A DNA stretch of 64,000 bases from an uncultured Nitrososphaeraceae archaeon (GTDB lineage: Archaea > Thermoproteota > Nitrososphaeria > Nitrososphaerales > Nitrososphaeraceae). The notes under the pieces are model-generated. The model was not told the DNA's origin. It worked only from the letters and a program-made list of their open reading frames with translations, and made no database searches. The translations under genes were made by a program, and so were the position numbers. Location of the stretch: assembly GCA_963837175.1 (NCBI GenBank), contig CAWIMJ010000012.1, forward strand, positions 199,724 to 263,723, read 5' to 3'. Position 1 is the stretch's first letter. The number at the start of each line of letters is the position of its first letter. Shown here one piece after another: positions 45,903-58,700 of this stretch.

Positions 45903-46158
45903 TTAGCATATTTTGGTGTATTGAGCGAGTTTATTCTACAAGACTATAGACTATAATCATAGATCTGAAAGACATTAAGAAGTTGTAGCTATGTGTATAT
46001 CATTGTAACACAAATACGCAGTTATTATCAAAATATTATCAAATAAGTGTCGTGATATAGATAATATTAGTAATATTGCGATATTTTCGTAAGTATGTTA
46101 CTATTTGATTTTTATAGGAAGAACTCTACTATCATCGTAAGCGAGTAGAGGAGATAGT

Positions 46159-47786
46159 ATGGGAGTCTTGTCTGGGGATAAAATCAAAATAACAATAACA
46201 ATGATTATGGTAATGATTATATCACCAGCAGCAGAAAGGATCTATCCTCAATAAATCCTCTAACCGAACCTCTACCAGCTCGGTACGAGTTTTACAAACG
46301 CTTGAAATTATTTCCTTGGTGGTTGCGATATAATATCGGTATTGCTAAGGAGGCAATTTTAAAAGATAAGATAATTCAATTGGGTACAAAGATGGGACTC
46401 CAAGATAAATGGCTAAATAGGATAATAAGGCATGCAGTATCTGAGTTCTCAAAGAAAGGATTAGGATCAGATTATTATGGCTATCATAATATAGATCATG
46501 AACTAGAAGCTGCATACTTCGCTTTAATTGCAGCCAATGGATATTATGAAGAGAACAAATTTAGTCAAGATGACATTATATACCTGTTTGTAGCTGCTCT
46601 TTTTCACGATTATGATCCTCTAAAGCAGTTTGATAAACCCCATGAGGATTCTGTTGAATGGTTCTTGAGAAATGACGATAAGATAAAAGGCTTCATTGAC
46701 GATGTTGGAATAAGCATTGACATTGTAATTGCAATAATACATCGCACTGCATATCCCTTTAGAGGTAAGATAGCAGAACATGCAGAAAAGAGAATGGAAG
46801 AATTATTTACTTATGCAGGAATCTCTGAGAATGATACCAACATAAGAGAACATTATAAAGATCTAGGATGGTTCTTGTCTGTTTCAGAACGTATAGCAGG
46901 CTACGCGCTAGGTGGTCTTGAACGTTCTATAGAACTTGCGCGTACCAATGCTCATGCGCTCGGATGGCACCCATCACGGATAAATGAAGAATCTGTCAAG
47001 TACTTTAGCATCTTAAAGGAGGAGAAAAAAATGTTTGAACGCGTATTGCACACACTCCCAGATCTGTATAAGAAAAACTTCTTTGATAATGTAGCGGCTT
47101 TCAAGGAAGCATGGTTAAAAGAGATCGATATAAGAAATTCACTTAAAAGAAAGGAAATAAGCCTGACAAGTGTGATAGAAAAAATTGAAGGCGAAAATGG
47201 CCTTGGGATCGATACAAAAGAATCTGTACTTAATATATACAGAAAATTACATGTCCCAATAGGCATTAAGAGTGAAAAAAGATTTAGAAAGTCGCTTGAT
47301 CGCAGTGATACAATACTAATCTCCCTTAGAGTCAAGAACAATGATGAAGACAGTTCCGGAGAAATTGTAGGTTATGTAAAGGGTGGAGGGTTAGAGAATT
47401 ACCAGCTTAGACGCGGCACGCATGATGAAAATTGGGGAAAAAAGAACACTGCATATATGGAATGGATCAGTATCAAGCCGGGTTTTTGGGGAGAAACAGG
47501 CGGTCATCTACTTAGATTAGAGTTTCTCAAAGAGGCAAAACACCGTGGATATTCCTATGCAACAAGTTATGTCCACCGTAATGTTGTCATGCAAAGAATA
47601 AACAAAGGCGAGCATGTTGAAATTGTACAAAAGTATGATCCAGATAAGCTTGATTATTATAGAGCTGATCTAAGTATTATGGTCTCTCCATTAGCACAAG
47701 CTGTAGAACATAATAAATCTGAAACAGTACAATCAATAGATATGTCAAATATTGAAATGGACAAAAACTATCCAATTATAGATTAA
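46159..47786 (+). CDS. HD/PDEase-like phosphohydrolase fused to a C-terminal GNAT-like domain
   Basis: YHNIDHE...AALFHDYD; C-terminal IVGYVKGG...AYMEWISIKPGFWGETGGHLL...AKHRGY; probable start ATG 46159 (GAGGAG SD) with an indel at about 46181; ORF-track start is 46302. Confidence 0.8.
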
Positions 47787-47929
47787 TCTAATCAATTAAT
47801 ACGTTCTATCGAACAATTAGTTTACCATATATTTACTATAGCCATAAACTCCAATGTCATAGATGTATCATTTGAAAAGTTTTCCTATTACCAGAACATC
47901 ACTTAGTGGAACTATTTATTGCATATTAA

Positions 47930-48250
47930 CTATTTCTTTTTCTTAAATGTGAACCATTCTTTCATATCAGCATGATCATCCTTTACCAAACCAGATCCTA
48001 TTCCTGCGAGAATTTCTGCAGGTATTGGATATTTTGTACAAAGAATTGATAATCTTAACAAAGCTCCAATCTCGCCATGATGAACTCTCCTATTAAATAA
48101 GTGAATTTTAGGTGGCCTTTGCTGGGAACTCCATGATGATGTTAGCAATTTGGCAATTGTAAGACCTATTTGAAAGGGTTCACTCCTATCCAATTCAACT
48201 CTTCTCTTAAGAGAATTACTGATGTTTATCAATAAATTTCTATTAATCAC
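47930..48250 (-). CDS. Hypothetical protein
   Basis: RVHHGEIG...GIGSGLVKDDHAD..EWF, coding-like composition. Confidence 0.55.
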   Translation of the reverse strand: MINRNLLINISNSLKRRVELDRSEPFQIGLTIAKLLTSSWSSQQRPPKIHLFNRRVHHGEIGALLRLSILCTKYPIPAEILAGIGSGLVKDDHADMKEWFTFKKKK

Positions 48251-48847
48251 AAAGCAAATAATAAGGCTATGTTTCGAACATGTAAAATGATCTTTTTTGG
48301 ATAATTATACCTATATTTTTCTGTCTTGCTGTTTCATAACTATACTAAGAATATAAATATAATGATATTTTGCAACCTTGGTAACTATTTTTTGATATTG
48401 CTGCAAGCAAAGAAACTGTGTACAGCTCCTAACTGGTGAAACCATATCGTAGTATTACTCTTTTGATAGTGGAAAGTTTTAGGAAATTAGGAACATTTAC
48501 ATCTACGGCGATAGTGTCTTCTGATTCTGAAGATTCAATACATATATATACAAAGAATATGGATCTTTTCTTTAGTATTTGTTGCAGCCAACTATATATT
48601 TTCTTTATATTTAATAACTAGGTTTAAAAAGGTCTAAAAAGAAACAGAATTGATGCAGGTTGATGGGATTGAACCTTGCCAATAAAGTATTCAGCTACAC
48701 TATAGTAATAGTTGAATTTAATTATGCAGGACATCATAAAGTAAGAGTCAAAGTATAAAATAACTACAATTTCCAATACTAAAATCAAACAGAATAAAAT
48801 AGTACTATATGCATCTACTTTCTTGATTAGAAATAAAATATAGTAGC

Positions 48848-49462
48848 ATGAATTTTATTAGAAGTAGAAAAAGTACAATCTTACTGGGTGTATTGATTGC
48901 AGCTTCATTAACAATCTATTTTTCTTTTTCATTACACTTTTTTCCAGCCTTCTATATGTCAAAACCCCTTCTATCAAAAGCAGTGCCTGTTATAACCAAT
49001 GTCAAGATATCCGCATCAGAAGTTTCACTTGGAAAATCATTCAATATATCTGTGACAAGCAATAATCAAGGAGATACAGCAGATATTCAGATAGTTTCGA
49101 TATCCTTCCCTAATCTAACAAGTATAGATAATAATGATAATGTAGCAATAAAAAATCATAATTTTCTTCAAAAACCAGAATTTGTTAAAACAGGAGATGA
49201 AATAGGGTCTAAATATTCAGGATTATCTAAGGTTACCTCTGCAAAATATCCTTCTATCGAATTTTCTAGTAGACCATGGAAAACAGATGCCATTTATAAA
49301 GCAAGGATAGAAATAAAGCCACCTGCTGTAGGAAAGTTCGTGATATTTATCAAGGCAGTATCATTACCTCATAATAATGAAATTTCACATTATCCTCACA
49401 CAGGAATCAAAGATTATCAAGAAGAATTTGTAGAGGCATATTATGTAAATGTAAAAGATTAA
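48848..49462 (+). CDS. Membrane-anchored/exported beta-rich hypothetical protein
   Basis: N-terminal TM helix, then Ig-like beta-rich sequence. Confidence 0.7.
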   Translation: MNFIRSRKSTILLGVLIAASLTIYFSFSLHFFPAFYMSKPLLSKAVPVITNVKISASEVSLGKSFNISVTSNNQGDTADIQIVSISFPNLTSIDNNDNVAIKNHNFLQKPEFVKTGDEIGSKYSGLSKVTSAKYPSIEFSSRPWKTDAIYKARIEIKPPAVGKFVIFIKAVSLPHNNEISHYPHTGIKDYQEEFVEAYYVNVKD

Positions 49463-49517
49463 ATCATTATATCTGGAGTAGATAATATATAGTCACAGGA
49501 GGCAAGTAGTATATCTC

Positions 49518-50798
49518 ATGAATAATAATTTTAAAACATTCTTTAGAAAAGAAAATAGCAGAAGTACCAACAATATTACATCCACTATACAATTGATGCT
49601 GCATTTTAATAAAAAAGCTAAAAAAAACCCTATTACGGGTTATATTTTAGTAAGCCTTGGTGTTTTGCTGTCTGCAAGCTCTGGTAGTTGGGATATTACA
49701 AATCATCTTCTAAATAGACCTGAAACATTCTTTTCTCCTCCCCATGCTGGATTGTATTTAGGAGTGGCTATAGTCCTTTCTGGATTGATAATGATGTTAC
49801 GTCATTATCATAGTTCTTCTAATATTAGCAATAATGATCGTCGCTATATTAATAGGCTAATGCATTTACCTTTACCTACGAAGTTAGTTACCATAGGAGT
49901 TGTCATGTTAGTTTCGGCAGGGCCTTTTGACTTTGCTTGGCATTCTGCTTTTGGATTAGACGGGCTGCTAAGTCCTTCACACGCAGTACTTACAATTGGT
50001 ATGGCAGTTAGTAGTATTGGAGCTTTATTAGGAGTGCTATCAAGCAATAATGATCAGAAATAATAATAATCATGATGATAATAATAAAAGCAGTAAGTTC
50101 AATTCCTCTGTAGTTGATTCAACAAATGAAATAATAATAATAATAATAATAATACAAACCATACAATATCTCCAATTCTTATAGTTATTGGAATTGTTCC
50201 AGTATGGATAATAGTTTCTGGACTAATTCATATGGTATCATTACCATTTTCAGATACACAATACTTTAAATTTAATCCTGATCCGACGTTAGGTGCAATA
50301 ATCGCAACCTTGGCCTTTCCATTTATAGTGTCTTTCATTTTATTTTCTTCATTTGAACTTTCTGTCAAAAGTACAAGAACAAGAGGTATGTTTGGTATAC
50401 TCTCTATTACAGGTATAATCTTTATTATCATCAACTTAACTACTGCAATACTTCCAAACGAATATTTAGTTCCAACTATTCCATTTTATATCCTAAATAT
50501 TATTCCAATTGTAGCAGTGGATATAATATTGTCAAAGTTATCGATACCAAGGACAAAGATAGTTAATTATGTAGCAGGTGCCATACTTGGATCAATGTTC
50601 TTTATGCTCTATTACCCTTTAATAACCCATACATACAATGAAGTTGTATTAAATCCGCAGGCAGTTTGGCCAAGCCTTACTAGTTCACTATATTTTAAAA
50701 TGATAGGTGAGATATATCCTTTAATGGTTATTCCATCCATGGCAACAGGAATCTTGGGTACTATCATTAGTAGTAGACTAATTCATCAATACAAGTAG
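49518..50798 (+). CDS. Multi-pass membrane protein split by indels in an (AAT)n poly-Asn loop
   Basis: WDITNH...ETFFSPPHA and FDFAWH..FG.DGLLSPSHA repeats; C-terminal TM half in ORF 50232-50798. Confidence 0.75.
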
Positions 50799-51070
50799 AT
50801 AACACTAAATTAAAGGTGTGGCAAGATTATTTTTCTCGATATAGTAATTAAAGAAAAATTTGAGTTAAAAAAAAGAAGAATGGAAAAAAATGTTTTCTTG
50901 TGTCTTTAGCAAGCAATAATTCTTAATTTTATTCCTATTTATTTAAGTTGGTAATAGCTTTCGTTAAAGGTCAATTGTTGGAGGTTATTATAATTTATCT
51001 CCAGATAATACGATAAAATGTAAGACAGGATAAGAAGTACATACATCTAAAGATATTCATTTTCTCCGAC

Positions 51071-51112
51071 ACCATCACTGGTCAGTTAAATTTGTTTATG
51101 ACCAGAGGTGGT
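51071..51112. promoter_or_regulatory. Imperfect 14-bp inverted repeat (operator or hairpin)
   Basis: ACCATCACTGGTCA-N14-TGACCAGAGGTGGT, about 100 bp upstream of ORF 51209. Confidence 0.5.
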
Positions 51113-51208
51113 CAAAAAATAACATTAGAAATACATTGACTATAAACTTAGAAAAATACTGATAGAAAGACCTTTTTAATACCTACAAATTATTGTAAAA
51201 CACAACAT

Positions 51209-52024
51209 ATGCAAATTAAAAGAAATGCGAACGACATACAACAAAATATAGCTTCTGGAACTATTACTTGTTTTTTAATATTAATAATAACGGTAGCTAT
51301 AATATCTTCATCTTTATCTTCTTCCCAAGCCCAAATAATTAATAATAATATCGGAAACAGTAATATTAAAATAGAAATACTGCAAGCAGATTCCAAACCA
51401 TATGGTTTAACATATGGAGAATGGACGGCCAGATGGTGGCAATGGGCTTATTCTATACCAAAAGATGTTAATCCAGCTTATGATGATACCGGTAGATACT
51501 GTACTCAAGGTCAAAGTGGTCCCGTGTGGTTTCTCACAGGTACGTATGGGCATCCTGTTGACCGTTATTGTACTATACCTTCTGGTAAAGCAATTCTCTT
51601 TCCTATCCTAAATTCTGAATGCTCTTTTGCTGAATTTCCAAATCTTAAGAATGAAAAGGAGCTCCGCCAATGCAGTAAGGAAATGGAAGATAAAGTGAAT
51701 TATTTAGAAGCAAAGGTCAATGATATAGGTATTAAAGACTTGAGCAAATATCGTGTACAATCACCATTATTCAATTTTACGTTACCAAAAAACAATATTC
51801 TTGAACTACCTCTACAAACAACAACCCAAGCAGTATCCGATGGTAATTGGGTTTTCTTAAAACCAGTTGCTGTTGGTAAATATGTGATCTACTTTAAAGG
51901 TGGATTAAAAAATATTAATGCTACAACTAGTGCAGAAGAAAATAGCAGCAATTATGCTTTTGCTGGTCCATATGGCTGGGACTATCCTGTTACCTATCAT
52001 TTGACAATAGCAAACAATAGTTGA
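51209..52024 (+). CDS. Secreted hypothetical protein
   Basis: Signal peptide; PYGLTYGEWTARWWQW...PVWFLTG...AVSDGNWVFL, four Cys. Confidence 0.8.
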   Translation: MQIKRNANDIQQNIASGTITCFLILIITVAIISSSLSSSQAQIINNNIGNSNIKIEILQADSKPYGLTYGEWTARWWQWAYSIPKDVNPAYDDTGRYCTQGQSGPVWFLTGTYGHPVDRYCTIPSGKAILFPILNSECSFAEFPNLKNEKELRQCSKEMEDKVNYLEAKVNDIGIKDLSKYRVQSPLFNFTLPKNNILELPLQTTTQAVSDGNWVFLKPVAVGKYVIYFKGGLKNINATTSAEENSSNYAFAGPYGWDYPVTYHLTIANNS

Positions 52025-52400
52025 TATGGTTATTAAAATATTATATATTCTGTTAACTTATTTAATCAGACTTGATCAAAAACGTTATGTACATTATCCT
52101 ATTAGTTGTTCCCATATGGCCACTCAAATACAACAGATAAAATCTATAGAGAGAGATATCAGTTTTAAAATTTATTATTGGTTACTTATTTGATTGATAA
52201 TAAGGTTCTCGTAAGGTATAGTTTTATTATCTACGTGTTAACTAGTGTTTGATTAAGTTGTTGTGTTTAATATCAATATCTTCATACCACACAAAAGTAT
52301 TTCCTATCTTTCTGTCTATACAAAAACAATTAGAATAGCAAAAAATAAATTCAATACTACTTTCTGTCAAGCTAGTGTATTATCATCTTTCAACTAATGT

Positions 52401-53040
52401 TCATAATATTTCAAGAAAGTCTCTAATAAAATTGATATCATGTACAGATTTTGCCATATGTACAATTCTTACACAACTCCTAATATCTCCAGACTTTATC
52501 CTTTTCCATACTGCATTAGCTGTGGCTTTAGCAATTTCTTCATCGATATTCTGACGCTTAAGTAATTTTACTGTGATATCATAAAATTGCTCGTATGTAT
52601 ATGGTTTGAATTTTATTGGAAAGAATCTGAATTTTAAAGGTCGTGTTATATTTGTTATATTATTACCTCTTGCAAATACCCATGTCTTCATCTGTATTGT
52701 TCTTGTCTTTCCATGTTTTGTTTCTGAAACTGTTCCTGTCTCCATTAGATTAAGTACGAAGGTTTGGTCTTTAGCTGACATTTTATCAAGTTCATCTATC
52801 AATAGATACTTTGGTTCATTGTTAAAGATATAATCAATCATCCCTGCTTTTGTACTGTTACCACCATCTGTAAAGTAAGTATTTTGTAGTTTTATTAAAG
52901 TTCATAAATACTGTTTTAGCTGATGCTGGCGGGCCAATAAGCAGTATATGAACTGGGTCATTTGCATTTATAACCATTCTAAATAATCTTTTGATATCCT
53001 CATAACTAATAATATCCTCGAAAAGTTTGTCTTTTTCTTC
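52401..53040 (-). pseudogene. AAA+ ATPase (MCM/RuvB-like), frameshifted at about 52905
   Basis: HILLIGPPASAKT Walker A in the upstream frame; LLIDELDKM Walker B and LNLMETG in ORF 52401-52841. Confidence 0.75.
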
Positions 53041-53116
53041 TTCTTATTTTTAACAAAAGAAAGAGATTAATTGTCAATTTCCACTAACAAAACAAGGATA
53101 TATTGACGAGGCTGGA

Positions 53117-53528
53117 TTATTCTCTCTTTACCAGTATATAGTGTGGTATATTAGATATTGTTGCAGGATATGATGTTTTATATTCCCATCCTAGAGTTAT
53201 TAACTTCTTTGCTTGTTCAACGTCTGTAACTGTAGCTATATCTACGATTCGTTTACGTTTGAATATGCTACTAGCTTTATTTTCGTTTTGAGCTGCTACA
53301 GCTGAATAATCACTATTATTGTTGTTCTGGACAAATTTGTGCTTGTGTTCTAGACCATTTTCATCTATTAATTTCCATCTAATTTTTCCTGTTATAGGGT
53401 CTTCTCCTATTTTTTCAAAGGCAATTAGCTGATTAGGAAATCCTGCTCGCCTTACATTTGTTGCATTCTTGCATCTTTTTTTGTTGCTGCGGTTTGGATG
53501 CTTCCGCTTGAATGGATGTTGTTGACAT
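53117..53528 (-). CDS. CxxC...HxH zinc-binding protein; one-base insertion at about 53448
   Basis: ATG 53528 MSTTSIQ...MQECNKCKA-AGFPNQLIAF...WKLIDENGLEHKH after deleting one base. Confidence 0.6.
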
Positions 53529-53950
53529 AGGGATTTAGTCTTTTGCAAAATCTCCTAATAACATATGATGAACTGTAAGGAGAGGGAGGGAGGGTAACAG
53601 GAGAAGAGGGGAGAAGGATGTACTTGTCACCCACTATTCCTTTTTGCTAATGAATCTCGCTGCTGCTGGAGTCGTTCTGCTGTTATTACTATAGTAGATA
53701 ATCGTCATTTGTACATTTACTCTATCAGACTTTATTTACTCAATCGTCAGCACATGATTATTATCTCAAATGGTGCTATGGCTCTCGGAGTTATCAGATG
53801 ATCTGTAGAAGAAGATCCTATTGCTGCAATAACTTGGTTTTGATCATTAACAAGTTATCGTCATCATAACTAAGCTTTTCTTATCTTGCTAACTATCTTC
53901 CTCATCAGCTGACATATAGATATATAAATATAATATCGTCCTTCCCTAAT

Positions 53951-54980
53951 TGTCGTACTTACAGACATAGGTAACAAATTCACCTACAGACATAGGTTAC
54001 ACTTCTGCTAGGAAGTGTATTTCATATAGAAATAGAAACAAAGTTCAACCTAATTCATCAACATGAATGGTCTGGTAACACCGTCACTAGTATTTGTAAA
54101 GAATACGATGTATCCAGAAAGACATACTACAAGTGGAAGAATAGGTACAACAGAGAAGGTGTAGCAGGTCTTTATGACCAATCTAGAGCACCTCGGACTA
54201 TAAAGAACAAGGTAACACAGGAAATAGAAGAGACAATCATAGATTTACGACTGAAGAGATTTGGTTGCAACAGAATCAGGTTCAGACTAAAAAGGCTAGG
54301 AGTATCCCTTAGTAGTAGGACGATTTACAAGTTGTTAAGTAGACATGGACTTAACATCCTCAAGTGTAAGATTAAGAACAGAAAGTACAAGCGATTTGCA
54401 ATGAAGCATCCAAATGATATGGTACAGATAGATGGATATCCTAGGACCGTTCTATCTACACTGCTCAAATCAAAGAAACTACATCATAAGTTGTATAGAT
54501 GACTGTTCAAGAAAAGTGACAAGCAAATGGTCTGAAAGAAAGAGAAGTACTGATGTCCTTGATGTACTGGAAGAATGGATAATGATCAATGGAAAACCCA
54601 ATAAAGTCATGCATGACAATGGAAAGCAGTTTGTATCCAAAATATTCAAGCATTTTCTAGAGCGTAACGACATGAAGGAATAAACCAATTCCAAATTCTT
54701 ATCCACAGTTACAAGGAAAGGTAGAAGCATATAACAAGATTGTCAAAAATGAATTTCTTTCCATTGAAGACATAGCCAATTCATATGATGGAAGGACAAG
54801 ATATGAGATATTTGTTAAATCATACAACGACACAAGAGAGCATGGCTGAATAAACGGTCTTACACCATCTGAAATGTTCCTACAAACATTCAATAAATCG
54901 TATAATAGTAATGAAGCTAAGCAGAAAAGTGTCACCTATGTAGGTAACTAAAAATGTCACCTATCTGTGTAAGTATAACA
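53951..54980 (+). mobile_element. IS481-family insertion sequence with a degenerate transposase
   Basis: TGT...ACA ends; IRs TGTCGTACTTACAGACATAGGTAACA and (reverse complement) TGTTATACTTACACAGATAGGTGACA with internal repeats; flanks CCTAAT / CCTAAG; HTH (VSRKTYYKWKNRY) and DDE (IDDCSR, HDNGKQF, QGKVE) fragments. Confidence 0.9.
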
Positions 54981-55363
54981 CCTAAGGAAAAAACAAGAAG
55001 GGCTTGTTAAAGCAAGCAGTATAATCAGGACAATGAAACATATACAAAGACATCTCATACACGCATCCAACCATACACATGTTATATCATGGTAATCTGT
55101 CATCGTTATCCTTGTCTGAATCTAAATCTATTCTCTGAACTTTTAGTTGACTGTTGTACAGGATGAGTTATCTTTGCATTTTGGGTCCAAAATAAAAAAA
55201 TGGAATTTAGAGAAATAGCAATATGGCACAAGAGTACCTTATCATCAATCAACCTTTCTACTATTTCCCAGATTTTGCTGAGATTATTACAGAGCAACCA
55301 ATCTATCCAAAATATATTTGTTATTTTAATACTTTCTCTTTGTAGTTTTATTTGCTGTTGAAT

Positions 55364-55738
55364 CTATTCTTGTATTATTTTGTTTAATCTAGTTATCAAT
55401 TCTTTATTTTCAATTGGCTTTTGAATAAAGTATCTTCTATCCAATATGTTTAATATATCTGCATATGCTCCTCCATGATACACTTCACTACCCGTCAGAA
55501 AACAGACCTTAACTTTATTATCTATCTTCTTTATTTGTTTATACAACTCAAAGCCATTCATATTTGGCATTTTAATATCAAGCATAACCAAGTCATATAG
55601 ACCACCTTCTTTTCTAAAGTTCTCCAATGCCGACATAGGATCAGTAAAGGAATCGACTTGGAATCCATTCTCTTCTAAAACTATCTTTAGTGCTAAAATA
55701 ACATCAGGTTCATCATCTACTATTAATACTCTCTTATT
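55364..55738 (-). CDS. Stand-alone response regulator receiver (start codon unclear)
   Basis: RVLIVDDEPD...LVMLDIKMPNMNG...FLTG...QKP in one open frame. Confidence 0.85.
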   Translation of the reverse strand, partial: NKRVLIVDDEPDVILALKIVLEENGFQVDSFTDPMSALENFRKEGGLYDLVMLDIKMPNMNGFELYKQIKKIDNKVKVCFLTGSEVYHGGAYADILNILDRRYFIQKPIENKELITRLNKIIQE

Positions 55739-55740
55739 TA

Positions 55741-58700
55741 TTATTGATCGACCGCCTTTACATTTAGTTGATTCGTAGCTGGCAGCGTGAAGTAAAACGT
55801 AGCTCCTTTTTTTCCATCAGCATTATTTTCAGCCCATATTTTTCCATCATGGGCTTCGATTATTTTTTTGGATATATACAATCCTAATCCTAATCCTTTT
55901 TCTGATTTTGTAGCAAACTTCTCGAAAAGCCTGTCTTTAACAGTAGGATTTATTCCTTTACCTGTATCTTGTATGCTAACTACGACTGTCCTTTGATTAT
56001 TGTTGTTAGTTGCATTGTTATTGTCTTCGTACCATTTCATACTTACTGTAATAACTCCTTCGTCAGTGAATTTGACAGCATTACTCAAAAAATTATAAAT
56101 TACTTGAGTTATTCTTCCTGGGTCACCATATACAAAAATATCTTCTTTCTTTGATATATAATCTAACTTTACCTTAGTATCTTTACCCTCACTTTTAAGT
56201 TGGGTCTTAAAGTCAGCTATGGTATTTAGAATTACTTCTTTAAGATTAAAATGGCTTTTATTCAAATTTAGTGTCTGACTTTCTATTTTAGCAACATCTA
56301 AAATATCCTCTGTAAGTTGTTGGAGCCTTTTTGCATTTCTGTTTATAACATTTAATAATTCTCTATACTGTTTAATATCACCTTCTTCCTTTGACTGTAA
56401 AATATCCGATAACCCCAATATTGGTTGTATTGGATTACGAAGCTCGTGTGCTGCTACACTTGATAAACTCTTGCTGCATTGTCTCTATATTTTTTAATTC
56501 TTCATTTAATATACGCTCATTCCAAAGCAGTTCGAAAAATGATTTGAACGATTCTACACTTCTTCTGCTATTGGAATAAACAGCAAAGCCAATTGCTTCT
56601 GAAAAAGTTTCTGCCTGAGGTTCTATGAGCTCAGCTCTGAAGAACTTTTCATTATCAACTATGAACATACCATGTGAAGAATCTTTTCCATTTAGAATCT
56701 TGATAGTAGGTGCATGATTTAGATATCTTTTTTACAACGCTTGAGTTCTGCTCAGATAGAGGACAGATAATCTTAATAATTGCACCATTTTGTGACGCCC
56801 TTATGAGATAGTCCACAATGCCCAATTTATCTACTCTAATGATTGCTTTATCATTAGGAAGAAGAAAAAGAGCTTCTTTTTTCACAGATTTTGCCAAATC
56901 GACAAGAATTTGATTTGCTTTTTCACGGTCATTAATAACTTCAAAAAATTCTGGCTCTATTCCTTGTTCTATTGATAATATTCGCTCTCTAGCATCAATA
57001 GCATCTCTCCACAATTCGTTAAAAATAAAAGTAAAGTGGCCAATGTAGGCTTGTTCATTGCTTACAAGTAGACTTTTTATTATTTCTTCAGATCCTTCTG
57101 TCTTCTCAGTTGTAGCAATTATTTCTTTATCTGAAAGAGCAAAATCAATTGGAGGCATGTTGTTAACATGTCTTATTTGTACTCCTATGTTAAGAAATTT
57201 CTTAACTAGATCTGCAGCATCTTTGTCTTCAATATTGGTGAGTAATTTGATTCCCTTATGCTCTCTTTGTTTATATTTATTCATCATTTTCTCATATAGG
57301 TCAAAGTAGTTGTTATAGACTAAACGTAATCCTCTAACTCGTGAACAAACTAAAAATTCATAAGAAGACTCAAGAAGGTCTTTTCCCTTTCTAAGTATTT
57401 CGTCAATATTTTTCAGGATTTTAATTTCTTTTAATACTGAACCTAGATATTGTTTCATATCATATTCTGTAAGCGAGGGTTCAATTCCTGTTTGTTTTAG
57501 AAGAACAGACTGTTGTTCTTTTGCAGTATTTAGCGCTCTTCTTTCTATTTCTTGTTCCATCCTGGCGACTCCAAGAACATCTACTAGTAATTGTGATTCT
57601 TCTATGGCCGTTTTTCTAATTGATTGTCTTAATGCATTATCTTGGGATACGGATGTTGCTGAAGAATATAATCCTATACTAAACAAATATGAAGCTAACA
57701 ATACTAATGAATGAGCAGTTACTCCGTATGTTTGTTGTAGAGCAGAAATCTCATTTGCAATGCCAATTATTATGATACCAATTGCAGAAATAATGAGATA
57801 ATCTTTTACTTTTGTAGCAGTTAAATGTCTTGATACAATAAAAAATGCAAGACCAAACAGAACACTACTTCCTATAGTACCAGCTCTAAACAAAAGTCTA
57901 AAATAAAATCGATATGGTATATCTGCTGGCAAGGAAATTATTAATCCACTTCCAATTAGATATAATACTAAAGGAACAGCTAGAATAATCCAAAATTTTA
58001 GAGAGAACTTTTGTAATCCAAGTGATTTATGGTACTTACGCAAGAGTGTTGCTACTGCCATCCATGTAAATACATAAGGCAGTGCTGCTAAGTAATCTAA
58101 GCTATTTTTAAGTGATACCAATGAAGATGGTAAAATCCAAAGTGAAGTGATGTCAGGATTTACTACTTTATATTGTATTTCACCATGATATTTTTCAGAA
58201 TTTATATATATGAAAGATGCTTGAGGGATTGCTCCTGATGGCGATTTTTCTTCTACTGCCGATACAAATATTAGTTTTGTATAAGTGTCTTCTGTTATTG
58301 CTATAGCAGATGTTGCAGCTGCTAAACCAAAAAACAAGACCATAAAATTTCTTTTATTTAACTTGTACCATGAAAAAAATTTGAAACTAATAATTCCCAT
58401 AATAACGCTAGCTGCTATGGAGCTAATTATGTAGACTAAAGTAGTCTGAGTTCTGACATTTGTACATTTACTAAAGTAGTCAAGGCAGTTTGTACTATTA
58501 TTGTATAAGACAAATAACAAAATTCCCAACAAAGAAAACTGAATTATTGTCATTGTCCAATGTGTTATGTTAACTAAAAGAGATTTGGATCTCAGATTTG
58601 CAGTTATTTGCCTAGTATATTCTAAAAGAATCCAGGATCCTAATCCATATCCAATAACTACAGTTAATGTAAATAGTATGATTTCAGAAGTATTGTCAAG

